The notes beneath the pieces were generated by a model, which saw nothing but the letters and a program-made list of their open reading frames with translations, did no database searches and had not been told where the DNA came from. Shown one piece after another: positions 45,291 through 55,404 of a stretch of DNA of 64,000 bases. Every line of letters starts with the position of its first letter. Positions within the stretch are counted from its first letter, which is position 1. The stretch is from Candidatus Delongbacteria bacterium (GTDB lineage Bacteria > CAIWAD01), in the NCBI GenBank assembly GCA_020634015.1, contig JACKCN010000001.1, positions 928,785 to 992,784 of the forward strand, written 5' to 3'. The position numbers and the translations under genes are program-made.

Positions 45291-46670
45291 TCAGCTCGGC
45301 TGCGGTGGAACACGCAGCACCATGATGGTGAGGTCGTCGCCGGTGGCAGGCCCCACTTCACCTGCGCCCACGAAGTGCTGCAGGTCGTTGAGCAGCCCCA
45401 TCAGCGTGCGCGGTGGTTCCACCCCGCCGTGTGTGACGAAACTCTGCCGGACATTCTCAAGTCCGTATTCCTGGCCCTGGTCATTCTGGGCCTCACTGAG
45501 CCCATCGGTGTAGAACAGGACCGAATCGCCGGCACGGAGCGCGAAGGACCCCTGCTCGTAGCCGATGTCCTCGAATGCGCCCAGCACGATGCCGCCGCTG
45601 ATCAGATGGTCCACGCCACCGTCCGGGTGACGCACCACCGGTGGGTTGTGCCCGGCATTGACATAGCGGAATCGCTGGGTGTCGCGTTCGTAGACTCCGA
45701 AGAACATGGTGACGAACACATCCGGCTCGGTGACACTGCAGATGTAGTTGTTCAGCTGGGCGGCAATCATCGGCAGGCTCTTGCCCTCGGCGATCAGGAT
45801 CCGGAAACCGGCATGCACGCTGGTCATGATCAGCGACGCGGGAATGCCCTTGCCCGTGACATCGGCGATGACCACGGCCTGGCGTCGCTCATCGAGGGCG
45901 AAATGGTCGTAATAGTCGCCACCCACGGCTTCGCAGGAAAGACTGGTGCCGGCGATCTCCAGATCGGTCGCGACGAAATCGTGGTGGGGAAAGTGATCCT
46001 GCTGGATGCTGCGCGCCAGTTCCAGCTCGCGCTCGACGCGGCGATTTTCCAGGCGATCACCGTGCAGGCGCGCGCGCTCCACCGCAAGGGCGACCTGACT
46101 GGCGAATACTTCCAGCAGGTGGCGCGCTTCCTCGTCGTAACTGGCCAGTCGATCGGATTCGAGGTTGAAGAAGCCCAGCAGCTCGTTTTCGAGCAGAATG
46201 GGAACCACCAGTTCACTGCGGGTCGAGGCGCGCGCGTTGAAGTACCGCGGATCCTTGCGCACGTCCTCCACCACCACGGACTTCCGGTTGTGGCCCACCC
46301 AGCCCATGATGCCCTTGTCCAGCTTGGAACGTACCAGCTGCAGATTCTGCATCTCGTACCCGCGCAGGGTTTCCCAGTTGATGCGCTCGTTCTGCACCAG
46401 GTACAGGCCGGCCGCATCATAGGGAATCAGTTCCCCGAGGGTATCCATGATCAGGTGGGAGAGGCGTTCTGTATCCAGGTCCAGACCCAGACGCTGGCCG
46501 ATTTCACGCAGCAGTGCATTTTCCCGCTGGCTGCGATCCAGCTCGGAAGCGGGAACCAGCTCGTCCAGCAATGCGGCGAACTCATGCCAGGAATCGGAGG
46601 AAGGCTGGTCAGCGGGAGAGGAAAAATCGCCCGGGCCAGCCGAGCCCAGGCGATGCAGAGTTTCCTGCAA
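45291..46670 (-). CDS. GAF-domain PP2C/SpoIIE-family serine phosphatase (RsbU-like)
   Basis: 459 aa. N-terminal GAF-like region. SpoIIE block SIQQDHFP...EAVGGDYYDHF...VIADVTGKGIPASL...FYTDGLSEA. The track start is TTG without an obvious SD, so the N-terminus is uncertain. Confidence 0.85.
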   Translation of the reverse strand: MQETLHRLGSAGPGDFSSPADQPSSDSWHEFAALLDELVPASELDRSQRENALLREIGQRLGLDLDTERLSHLIMDTLGELIPYDAAGLYLVQNERINWETLRGYEMQNLQLVRSKLDKGIMGWVGHNRKSVVVEDVRKDPRYFNARASTRSELVVPILLENELLGFFNLESDRLASYDEEARHLLEVFASQVALAVERARLHGDRLENRRVERELELARSIQQDHFPHHDFVATDLEIAGTSLSCEAVGGDYYDHFALDERRQAVVIADVTGKGIPASLIMTSVHAGFRILIAEGKSLPMIAAQLNNYICSVTEPDVFVTMFFGVYERDTQRFRYVNAGHNPPVVRHPDGGVDHLISGGIVLGAFEDIGYEQGSFALRAGDSVLFYTDGLSEAQNDQGQEYGLENVRQSFVTHGGVEPPRTLMGLLNDLQHFVGAGEVGPATGDDLTIMVLRVPPQPS

Positions 46671-46753
46671 ACGCGCGATCCGATCACGAATCTCGCGCGA
46701 ATTGAACGAAGTCGGGATCTTGTGCTCCGGAATGCCCGTCCCGCTGTGCGGAA

Positions 46754-47098
46754 CTACTTGCCCTGGAAGGCCTTGGTGGCATCAGCGACCGTATCGAAGG
46801 TGCTGAAGACTGTGTAAAGCTTGGTGATCATGAACAGGCTGTCGATCTTTTCGGAGATGTTGGCCAGGTGAAAGTCGCCACCGCTCTCCTTGACCGGCTT
46901 CAGGCTCTTGATCAGAATGCCCAGCCCGGACGAGTTCATCAACTTGACCCCGCTGAGATCAAGGACGATCTTGCGCTGGTTGGCATCGATCAGGGATTTG
47001 ACCTTGTTGTAGAACACTTCAGCGTCAGGCCCGCCCATGATGTTTCCCTTGATGGTGAGAATGCTGACATCGTTCGCGGTCTCTTCGGTGATCGTCAT
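46754..47098 (-). CDS. STAS-domain anti-sigma-factor antagonist (SpoIIAA/RsbV-like)
   Basis: 114 aa. ...KIVLDLSGVKLMNSSGLGILI carries the conserved phospho-Ser context. AAGGAG SD. Confidence 0.85.
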   Translation of the reverse strand: MTITEETANDVSILTIKGNIMGGPDAEVFYNKVKSLIDANQRKIVLDLSGVKLMNSSGLGILIKSLKPVKESGGDFHLANISEKIDSLFMITKLYTVFSTFDTVADATKAFQGK

Positions 47099-47258
47099 GG
47101 CCGGCTCCTTGGTGACTACTGAGTGGGTTTGAACATATCATTGGACCCAGCAAGTGTCAATCGAAGCCCGCCGGTGGCCGAAATTGCTAGATTCCGCCCG
47201 CGACTGAGCTGACACTCGCCGGCTCCGGCCGCCCGAACCTGATCACATGGGAGACTTC

Positions 47259-48290
47259 ATGCCCGAACTTCGCCTGGACCCGATACAGAAACGCTGGGTC
47301 ATCATCGCCACCGAGCGCCAGAACCGACGCACCTGGTTCGACAAGGAACTGACCCTGCCCGGCACCCAGATCTGCCCCTTCTGCACGGGCAACGAAGCGC
47401 TCACGCCTCCGGAGATCCTGGCACACCGCAGCAGTGGCATCTCCAATGATTCAAGCTGGACGCTGCGCGTCATTCCCAACAAGTTTCCGGCCCTGCAGAT
47501 CGAAGGCACCGGCGACCGGCGGGCCGACGGGATCTATGACCGAATGAATGGCATCGGCGCGCACGAGGTGGTCATCGAAAGCACCAACCACGTGCAGCAC
47601 ATGGCGGACATGCCTCTGGACCAGGTCGCCAGCATCTTCGAAGTCTATCGCCTGCGACTGGCCGATCTGATGAAAGACCCACGCTTCAAGTACGTGATGA
47701 TCTTCAAGAATCATGGCAGCGACGCGGGCGCGAGCATCGCCCACCCGCACACCCAGATCATTGCCACACCCGTGACGCCCAAGACGGTATCGCTGGAGCT
47801 GGACAGCGCACGCGAACACTTCCACCACAAGGAACGCTGCATCTTCTGCGACATCATGGACGAGGAACTCTCGCACGGAGAACGCCTGGTATACATGAGC
47901 GACCATTTCGTGGCCCTGTGTCCCTACGCCTCACGCTTTCCCTATGAAGTCATCGTGCTGCCACGCACGCACGCCCACGACTACAGCGTGGCCCCCGACC
48001 ACATCGTGCGTGATCTGGCCCACACCATGCAGGTGGTTCTGGCCAAGCTGCGCATGGCGGTGAACGATCCGCCGTTCAATTATCTCTTCCACACATCGCC
48101 CAATCCCACACACGCACGGCGACGGGCGAACTACTGGGATACGCTGGCTTTTGACTGGCACTGGCATGTGGAAGTGCTGCCGCGGCTGACCAAGACCGCC
48201 GGCTTCGAATGGGGTTCGGGCTTCTACATCAACCCCACACCGCCCGAAATGGCGGCCGACAACCTGCGCCGGGCGAAAGTCAATGTCTGA
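47259..48290 (+). CDS. GalT-type (HIT superfamily branch III) hexose-1-phosphate nucleotidyltransferase/phosphorylase
   Basis: Zn-site CPFCTGNE, active-site HPHTQI (the H-x-H of GalT), and a second half-barrel. The ATG at 47259 follows GGGAGA; the track start is 47247. Confidence 0.8.
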   Translation: MPELRLDPIQKRWVIIATERQNRRTWFDKELTLPGTQICPFCTGNEALTPPEILAHRSSGISNDSSWTLRVIPNKFPALQIEGTGDRRADGIYDRMNGIGAHEVVIESTNHVQHMADMPLDQVASIFEVYRLRLADLMKDPRFKYVMIFKNHGSDAGASIAHPHTQIIATPVTPKTVSLELDSAREHFHHKERCIFCDIMDEELSHGERLVYMSDHFVALCPYASRFPYEVIVLPRTHAHDYSVAPDHIVRDLAHTMQVVLAKLRMAVNDPPFNYLFHTSPNPTHARRRANYWDTLAFDWHWHVEVLPRLTKTAGFEWGSGFYINPTPPEMAADNLRRAKVNV

Positions 48291-49758
48291 CCGGAACCGA
48301 CCGCTCTCGCTTCTCTTCGCCGCTTCCGAAGCCACGCCGTGGGTCAAATCGGGCGGGCTGGGTGACGTGATGGGCGCACTGCCCGCCGCGCTGGCCGACC
48401 TGGACCAGGACGTGACCCTGGTGCTGCCGCTGTACGGCAACATCGATCGCGAAGCAGCCGGCCTGAAGCCGCTGACCCGGATCACCGTGCCGTTCCTCGG
48501 AAACACCTTCCCCACCTCGGTGTACACGTGTGTGCCACACGGTGGGAGGGTGCGAGTGCTGTTTCTCGAGAACCAGTACTACTTCGAGCGTGACAGCGTG
48601 TACACCGATCTCGCCACGGGCGAGGGCTGGCACGACAACGACGAGCGTTTCTTCTTCTTTCAGCTCGCCATCGTGCAACTGCTGCTGGAAGGAGTGGTCG
48701 AGCCCGATGTGCTGGTGCTGTCCGACTGGCACACCAGCATGCTGCCGGCCCTGATCCGCATCCGCTACCGTCAGCATCCGGGCCTGCAGCAGATCAAGCT
48801 GGTGCTGGGTCTGCACAACCTGGGCTACCAGGGGGTGTTTCCCGCGGAAGCCATTGACAAGCTGGGCCTCTCCCGTGATCTGCTCTTCCCCATGGGTCCC
48901 TTCGAGTTCTATGGCAAGCTGAACTGCCTGAAGGCGGGCATCAGCATGAGCGACCGCATCATCACCGTCTCGCCGGGGTACGCCGAGGAAATCCTCGGCA
49001 GCGAGCAGGGCTGCGGACTGGACGGTGTGCTGCGCCAGCATCGCGACCGTCTGCACGGCGTGCTCAACGGCATCGATACCCAAGTCTGGAATCCGGGTGA
49101 AGACCGCTGGCTGCCCTATCCCTTCACGGCCCAGAAACTGGATCGCAAGTCGCGCAACCGCGTGGAACTGCTGCGCGAGTTCGGACTGGACCCAGAGTTT
49201 CCCGGCCCCGTGATCGGCATTGTCTCACGCCTGACCGACCAGAAGGGCATCAAGATTCTGGCGGGCTGTCTGGATCGCATCCTCAGCCGCGACCTGAAGA
49301 TGGTGGTGCTGGGAAGTGGCGAGAAGGTCTTCGAACAGTTCCTGCTGGATTCGGCCAGGGCCAATCCTGGACGGCTGGGCGTGCGCATCGCCTATTCGGA
49401 GCCCCTGGCGCATCTGGTCGAAGGGGGCGCCGACATGTTCCTGATGCCCAGCCTTTACGAACCCTGCGGGCTGAACCAGATGTACTCGATGACCTACGGC
49501 ACCCTGCCGATCGTGCGTCACACGGGTGGGTTGAAGAATACGGTGATCGATTTTCTCGAGAACGCCGACAAGGCCACCGGCTTTCACTTCTACAATTACA
49601 ATGCAGCCGAACTGCTCGAGGCGGTGGACCTGGCGCTGGCCGCCTGGAAAAAGCCCAAAGTCTGGCGTCGCCTCCAGCGCAATGGCATGAAGCAGGACTT
49701 CAGCTGGCGCAACAGCGCGAGCGAGTATCTGCGCGTGTTCCGCGAGCTGGTCTCATAG
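48283..49758 (+). CDS. glgA: glycogen/starch synthase (GT5)
   Basis: 491 aa. N-terminal FAASEATPWVKSGGLGDV signature. 8-bp overlap with the GalT-type gene. Confidence 0.93.
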   Translation: MSDRNRPLSLLFAASEATPWVKSGGLGDVMGALPAALADLDQDVTLVLPLYGNIDREAAGLKPLTRITVPFLGNTFPTSVYTCVPHGGRVRVLFLENQYYFERDSVYTDLATGEGWHDNDERFFFFQLAIVQLLLEGVVEPDVLVLSDWHTSMLPALIRIRYRQHPGLQQIKLVLGLHNLGYQGVFPAEAIDKLGLSRDLLFPMGPFEFYGKLNCLKAGISMSDRIITVSPGYAEEILGSEQGCGLDGVLRQHRDRLHGVLNGIDTQVWNPGEDRWLPYPFTAQKLDRKSRNRVELLREFGLDPEFPGPVIGIVSRLTDQKGIKILAGCLDRILSRDLKMVVLGSGEKVFEQFLLDSARANPGRLGVRIAYSEPLAHLVEGGADMFLMPSLYEPCGLNQMYSMTYGTLPIVRHTGGLKNTVIDFLENADKATGFHFYNYNAAELLEAVDLALAAWKKPKVWRRLQRNGMKQDFSWRNSASEYLRVFRELVS

Positions 49759-50766
49759 CGCCGCAAAGCGTTCGGCCAACAACCGGAACATGACCTCGTA
49801 ACGCCAGCCGCCTCCCGAATGCCCACCGTCGTATTCCTGGTGGATCACCGGAATTCCAGCCTGACGGCACCGGTGCGCGAAGACCCGTGCCCCCAGATCC
49901 GCGTGATACTCATCCCGGTTTCCCGCCTCCACATACAGAGTCTGCAGGCTGCGCAGGGCTTCGCCGTCTTCTCCAAGACGCTCCGCTGGATCCTGGGCTG
50001 CCCAGAGATCCAGCACCTCGGGGCGCAGCTCACCGGACTCGGGATCCACGGGCAGACGGAATCCATGCGGACCTTCAGGATCCGGGGAATAGCAGCTGGA
50101 AAGGGCGATCACATTCAGCAGGGTGGCCGCCTGAGCATCCAGGCGGCGCAGACCGGGAAGCGCGGCGAGGAAGGCCTCGAGCCCACCGGCCGCCTTCAGC
50201 AGCGAGGGAATCTGCGCGATCTCGCCAATGCAGGACGCGCGAAAATACAGATCGCCCGAGCCGGAGAGCGCGTGGGCGAAGAGATCCGGGTGGGCCATGG
50301 CAAGGCGCAGGGCACCGAATCCTCCTGAGGAGCGTCCCACCAGGGCGCGGGCCTCGCGCCGGGCGTCCACCGAGTAGGACTCGTCGATCATGGGAACCAG
50401 TTCCTGGATGATGTGATCCATGTAGCGCCCGGTACCCGTGGAATTCAGGTACTGGCTGCCGCCATAGCGTGTGAAGCCATCGGGACAGACCAGCACGAAG
50501 GGCGGCAGTCCTTCGGCGATCAGCCGGTCCGCCAGCTGGAACACGTTCTCCGAGAAGGCACGGAAGTCCAGCCAGCCCTCGGGCGAGCCGAACAGTCCCG
50601 CCAGGACATAGATCACGGGAAACTTCCGGCTGCGCTTGTGATACCCGGGAGGCAGATAGACCGGCACCTGGCGAAGGGTGGAGTCTCCCAGTGGATTGCC
50701 CTGCAGGACCTGGCTGCGGATCTCCTCGACCACCAGGCTGCCCTTGAGGCGGCGATTGTACAGCAT
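49753..50766 (-). CDS. esterase-D/enterochelin-esterase-like alpha/beta hydrolase
   Basis: Start ATG 50766 (TGATG overlap with the ROK kinase stop). GxSxG as GRSSGG. Its 3' end converges on and overlaps glgA by 6 nt. Confidence 0.7.
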   Translation of the reverse strand: MLYNRRLKGSLVVEEIRSQVLQGNPLGDSTLRQVPVYLPPGYHKRSRKFPVIYVLAGLFGSPEGWLDFRAFSENVFQLADRLIAEGLPPFVLVCPDGFTRYGGSQYLNSTGTGRYMDHIIQELVPMIDESYSVDARREARALVGRSSGGFGALRLAMAHPDLFAHALSGSGDLYFRASCIGEIAQIPSLLKAAGGLEAFLAALPGLRRLDAQAATLLNVIALSSCYSPDPEGPHGFRLPVDPESGELRPEVLDLWAAQDPAERLGEDGEALRSLQTLYVEAGNRDEYHADLGARVFAHRCRQAGIPVIHQEYDGGHSGGGWRYEVMFRLLAERFAAL

Positions 50767-51704
50767 CAGGCCTCCCAGACCAGGGCTGCGGCGCCCAGCA
50801 CACATTCGCGGTCCCCTTCAGGAACGCGCACCAACTTGAAACTGTCGGCCATCTGGGGCATGCAACCTGCGTGCGTGATCCGCTGAAGGCCTTCCCAGAG
50901 AGGCTCGATCTTCTGGATCACCGATCCTCCGAAGGCGATCACCTCGGGATTGAGCGTATGCACCAGAGTCAGTACGGCGGTCCCCAGTGCGCGCGCGGCC
51001 TGGTCGAGCAACTGGCCGGCATGGGGATCGCCGGCTTCGGCGGCTTGTGCCACGTCCGCTGCTCCAATGCCCTTCCGGTTGAGCCGTGAGTCAGCGGGCA
51101 GCATGCCGGTCCGGCGCAGCTGCTCGGCACGCCAGGCCAGCCCGGTGCCGCTGGCGAAGGTTGTCAGACAGCCATGGTTGTGCTTGCATTCGTAGCAGAG
51201 CTCGGCGTCCATGGCCACGCTGATGTGTCCGAATTCTCCTGCCCCACCGACGGCACCGTGCACCAGATTTCCCGAGCAGATGATGCCGGCACCAATCGAC
51301 GTGCTCACGGTCACGTAGACCAGATTGCGCACACCCCGACGGGGGCCGTATCGCACCTGCGCCAGCGCGGCCGCGTTGGCATCGTTGTCGGCCACCACAC
51401 GCACGGCATGGCGGCGGCGTAGTTCGGTGCAGAGATCCATCTGGTTGAGGGCGGGCACGTTGAAGACCAGACCGTGTGTGCCATCCTGTGGATTCACGGG
51501 AGCCGGAATCGCCACTCCTATGGGAAGCGCCTTGCCGGCATGCGTGTTGCAAAGGGCCAGCATGCCGTCGATCTGGGAAACAAGCGCGTCGGGGGTACTG
51601 CCGGCCACGGGTTCGATCCGGTAGAATTGTTCCTTGCCCTCACGGTCGTAGACGGCCACGCGTACGTTGCTGCCCCCGATGTCGATGCCGATCGAACGAT
51701 CCAT
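50766..51704 (-). CDS. ROK-family sugar kinase (probable glucokinase)
   Basis: 312 aa. IGIDIGGSNVRVAV ATP motif and a ROK Zn motif region GEFGHI...CYECKHNHGCL. Confidence 0.85.
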   Translation of the reverse strand: MDRSIGIDIGGSNVRVAVYDREGKEQFYRIEPVAGSTPDALVSQIDGMLALCNTHAGKALPIGVAIPAPVNPQDGTHGLVFNVPALNQMDLCTELRRRHAVRVVADNDANAAALAQVRYGPRRGVRNLVYVTVSTSIGAGIICSGNLVHGAVGGAGEFGHISVAMDAELCYECKHNHGCLTTFASGTGLAWRAEQLRRTGMLPADSRLNRKGIGAADVAQAAEAGDPHAGQLLDQAARALGTAVLTLVHTLNPEVIAFGGSVIQKIEPLWEGLQRITHAGCMPQMADSFKLVRVPEGDRECVLGAAALVWEA

Positions 51705-51880
51705 GGTGCCATCCTGTCCCGATTGCGACGCACTGCGTGATCAAGTCCCCGCCAATGTAGTCCTGACCGGCTGGGAAGGCAACGCTTCCGGAAGGTCCGG
51801 GAAGGATGCGCCTGTCTCAGAATGGCAACAGGCCCCGAAGTGAATCTCCGGAGCCTGTTGAATCTCTGGATGCGGTTGCG

Positions 51881-52846
51881 TCAACCCAGTTCGCGCCAGC
51901 GACGGACCCGGATGGTTGCCAGCAGGAATCCGACACTGACCAGCAGTCCAACGTAAATCGATGGCTGGGTCATGAAACTCCCCAGATTGCTCACTCCAAA
52001 ACTCAGAGTGTGGGCATAGCGTGTCACGCTGCCGTTCGCGAGAACGGCGACTCCCCCCGCCATCCACTCCATGATCCATTCGATGAAGCGGTCGCTGCCC
52101 AGGATGATTTTCTCGGCCAGGGCCAGCACGATGACAGGTGCCACCGCATGCAGGAAAGGACTCTTTCGCGCCCAGGCCGAGGCCAGCAGCATCCAGGTTG
52201 CCAGGGGCATGTAATAGAGCAGCAGGACGCCCCACAACTGGATGCCAGTGAGCCAGATCCGCAGCGGTTCTGCCGGACCCCACACCGATCCCCAGATGGA
52301 CGCACCACAGACCAGCGCCACGACCGAGGCCAGCGACATCACCAGCAGCTGAAGGATCATGATGGCCAGCAAGGTGATCAGCGGCACCACGATCAGGCCG
52401 GTAATCAGCTTGGACAGCACCGTGTCACGGTCGGAGATCGGCAGCGATTTCCAGAAGAGCACGCTGCGATCCTTGCGTTCCTTGTACAGGCAGTCCAGCA
52501 GGTACGACACAATCAGGATCAGCATCAGAGGCAGGAACCCCGCCGCCAGGCCATGCAGCGCACCGTTGATCAGCAGGCCACGGGTGTCTTCGGGCAACCG
52601 GTCATACAGCAGCACCAGTTGCTTCACCGAGAAATCATCCGTCTTGAAACTGTAATTGTGTCCTTCACGCAGATCCATCTGAATCTGGGCACGCCCGTCC
52701 ATCTGCATTCCCGTCTGCAGACGCGAGGGCAGGAAGAACATGATCAGCACACCCAGCAGGGACAACACGGTGATGAACGCGGGCACGAAGGTGAGCATGC
52801 GATGCTCCCAGAGTTCGCGCCGAATGAGCATCAGGAAGGCTTTCAT
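51881..52846 (-). CDS. ABC-2-type transporter permease
   Basis: 321 aa and about 6 TM segments. ATGA overlap with the upstream ATPase gene. Confidence 0.7.
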   Translation of the reverse strand: MKAFLMLIRRELWEHRMLTFVPAFITVLSLLGVLIMFFLPSRLQTGMQMDGRAQIQMDLREGHNYSFKTDDFSVKQLVLLYDRLPEDTRGLLINGALHGLAAGFLPLMLILIVSYLLDCLYKERKDRSVLFWKSLPISDRDTVLSKLITGLIVVPLITLLAIMILQLLVMSLASVVALVCGASIWGSVWGPAEPLRIWLTGIQLWGVLLLYYMPLATWMLLASAWARKSPFLHAVAPVIVLALAEKIILGSDRFIEWIMEWMAGGVAVLANGSVTRYAHTLSFGVSNLGSFMTQPSIYVGLLVSVGFLLATIRVRRWRELG

Positions 52847-53700
52847 GCCTGATCTCCTTTCATCAAGGCCACGAAAAGGTCGGCCACACCCGGCGTGCGC
52901 ATTTCGCCCAAAGTCACCAGCTCCTCGCGGCGGCGGCCCCTGAAGAGCATCAGTCGCCTGCCGAACACTTCCTGTTCGTGAATCGGCGCCAGACTGCGGG
53001 CCACGTCGGTGCGGTCGGGGGTCACCAGCACCTCCACGAACTGTTCGGCCACATCCTCCATCGGGCAGTTCAGAATCAGCTTGCCCTTGCGAATGAAGAT
53101 CAGGTCGCTGAGAATGTGTTCCACTTCTTCCACCTGGTGGGTGGTGACCAGGATCGTGCGCGTCGATTCGAAATACTCGTTCAGCAGGCGCGAGTAGAAT
53201 TCCTTGCGGTACAGGATGTCCAGACCCAGAGTCGGCTCGTCCAGCACCAGCAGGCGGGCGTCGATGGCCATGGCCAGTGCCAGATGCAACTGGGTCTTCA
53301 TGCCCTTCGAGAGAGTGCGGATCCTCGATTTGCGCTTGATCTCGGTGGTGGCCAGAAAACTCTCCGCTTTCTGCCGATCGAAACGAGGATGGGTCTGTGC
53401 CACGAACTCCAGTGCCTGGCTCACGCGCATCCAGCCCGGCATGACCGCCACGTCGGCGATGAAACAGACGTCGCGCATCAGGGTGTCGCGCTCGCTCATG
53501 GGATTGTGCCCCAGCACGCTCAGCTCCCCTTCGTAGGTGCTGAGACCGAGGACCGCGTTGAGCAGGGTGGTCTTGCCTGCGCCGTTCGGGCCGATCAGAC
53601 CCACGATGCGCCCTTCGCCAATCTCCAGGTCCACCGAGTCCAGTGCCCGGAATTTTCCGTAGCTCTTGCCCAGCCCCTGGGCGTGGATCACGGAGCTCAT
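52843..53700 (-). CDS. ABC transporter ATP-binding protein
   Basis: Walker A GPNGAGKTT, signature LSKGMKTQ, Walker B LLVLDEP. Confidence 0.92.
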   Translation of the reverse strand: MSSVIHAQGLGKSYGKFRALDSVDLEIGEGRIVGLIGPNGAGKTTLLNAVLGLSTYEGELSVLGHNPMSERDTLMRDVCFIADVAVMPGWMRVSQALEFVAQTHPRFDRQKAESFLATTEIKRKSRIRTLSKGMKTQLHLALAMAIDARLLVLDEPTLGLDILYRKEFYSRLLNEYFESTRTILVTTHQVEEVEHILSDLIFIRKGKLILNCPMEDVAEQFVEVLVTPDRTDVARSLAPIHEQEVFGRRLMLFRGRRREELVTLGEMRTPGVADLFVALMKGDQA

Positions 53701-54062
53701 CGTGCGCCTCCCTTCACTCCGGCCAGCAGGTCTTCCTGCCGCAAGCCCAACGATTCGATACGGGCCAGGATGCGCGGCCAGTCCTCGCTCAGAAAGCGCT
53801 CGCGCTCGTTGGCCAGCAGTTGCTCCCTGGCGCCTTCACGCACGAACATGCCCAGTCCACGTTTCTTCTCCACGATCTGTTCCTCCACAAGCTCCTGGTA
53901 GCCCTTCATGACGGTCAGAGGATTCAGCTGCAGTTCGGCGGCCACCTTGCGCACACCGGGCAACGCTTCTCCTTCCGCCAGCAGGCCATCCAGAATCATC
54001 TGTACCATCCGTTCCCGCAGCTGGCGGTAGATGGGCTGATCGGATTGCCACTGGATTTGCAT
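53697..54062 (-). CDS. GntR-family (YtrA-like) transcriptional regulator
   Basis: PIYRQLRERMVQMILDGLLAEGEALPGVRKVAAELQLNPLTVMKGYQEL is a winged HTH. ATGA overlap with the ABC ATPase. The start is ATG 54062 or 54092. Confidence 0.85.
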   Translation of the reverse strand: MQIQWQSDQPIYRQLRERMVQMILDGLLAEGEALPGVRKVAAELQLNPLTVMKGYQELVEEQIVEKKRGLGMFVREGAREQLLANERERFLSEDWPRILARIESLGLRQEDLLAGVKGGAR

Positions 54063-54229
54063 AGGTCCGTCCTGATTTGGTGTTCTACCCAACTATAACA
54101 CCAAAACGGGACTGGCGCAATGGGCCATGAAGATTTCCTGAAAAAGGACCGGCAGGTCTGTCGGGAACAAGCAGGGGGCAAATGCTATACTCGCCCGCGT
54201 TTCACTGACAAGAACACAGGACGGACACC

Positions 54230-54505
54230 ATGCCCACCTATGAGTATCGCTGCAGCAGTTGTGGCCACCGCCTGGAAGCCTTTCAATCCATGAGCGATGC
54301 GGCCCTGACAAGTTGCCCGACCTGCCATACCGAGACTCTGGAACGACTGATCTCGGGCGGCGGCGGAATCGTCTTCAAGGGGTCCGGATTCTACCAGACC
54401 GACTACAAGAGTGGCGGGTCCAAAGCGGACAAGGACGGCTCATCCGACAGTGGCGATTCCGGCAAGTCCGGGGGCGGCTGCGGAAGTGGGTGTGCCTGCT
54501 GCTGA
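54230..54505 (+). CDS. FmdB-family zinc-ribbon protein
   Basis: [16 protein letters not shown]...CPTCH is the CxxC-CxxC signature. The tail is Gly/Ser-rich and ends in GCGSGCACC. Confidence 0.85.
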   Translation: MPTYEYRCSSCGHRLEAFQSMSDAALTSCPTCHTETLERLISGGGGIVFKGSGFYQTDYKSGGSKADKDGSSDSGDSGKSGGGCGSGCACC

Positions 54506-54609
54506 TCCACCGCTGGCGACGCACCTTTGGCGCCCGCCACACCAAGCCACAGACGACGCTGCCGGTCCCATGACCGGCAGTTCCTTTCAAGCTGGAGCAA
54601 GGACGCCCG

Positions 54610-55401
54610 ATGCGCGGACAACATGGACGGGAGCTGTACGACCTGGCCGAACTGTACGACGTGGCCTACGACTGGGACACCACGCGCGAGCTGGTCTTTT
54701 ATCTGGAGTGTTTCGAGCAGTTTGGCGGACGCCCGCCCCAGCATGTGCTGGAACCGGCCTGCGGAACGGGTCGCAACCTGCTGGGCATGGCCCGGCTGGG
54801 GTGCCGCACCACAGGGTACGACATCAACCCCCACACGCTCGAGTATGCGCGACGCTCCCTGAGCGCGGAAGGTCTCGAAGGCTGGGCCCGCCTGCTCGAA
54901 GGCGACATGGCCAGCTTCAGGTTGCCCGAGCGCTTCGACGGCGCATTCCTGTCCATCAACAGCTTCCGCTACCTGGTGGAAGACGCGGACATCGAGTCCC
55001 ACCTGCGCCACACACGGGCCATGCTGCGCAAGCGTGGTGTATACATCATTGATTTCAGCTATGGCATGCCGCCGGGCATGGCAACCATTGACTGCAGCTG
55101 GGAAAACCACCGCGGCGATCTTGAACTGAAGATTCTCTGGGAAACGGAGGAGTTTGACGCGCAGGGCATCTCACAGGAAACCTGCACGGTCACCGAAACC
55201 CGCCCCGGTCAGCCGCAACAGGTTCACCGGACCATTCACCGCACACGGCTCTGGCGCGAAGAGGCCTTTCTGGAGATGATCGATCGCTGTGGCTTCGAGC
55301 TGCGGGGCGTGCTGGACATGGATCAGGAACCCATCGCCAACGAGACCCCGCTGGACGGGCGCCTCGAGAACCTGTATCACGTGCTTCAGCGCATCGACTG
55401 A
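54610..55401 (+). CDS. class I SAM-dependent methyltransferase
   Basis: Motif I VLEPACGTGRNL and an acidic post-I GYDIN. Confidence 0.8.
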   Translation: MRGQHGRELYDLAELYDVAYDWDTTRELVFYLECFEQFGGRPPQHVLEPACGTGRNLLGMARLGCRTTGYDINPHTLEYARRSLSAEGLEGWARLLEGDMASFRLPERFDGAFLSINSFRYLVEDADIESHLRHTRAMLRKRGVYIIDFSYGMPPGMATIDCSWENHRGDLELKILWETEEFDAQGISQETCTVTETRPGQPQQVHRTIHRTRLWREEAFLEMIDRCGFELRGVLDMDQEPIANETPLDGRLENLYHVLQRID

Positions 55402-55404
55402 GAG

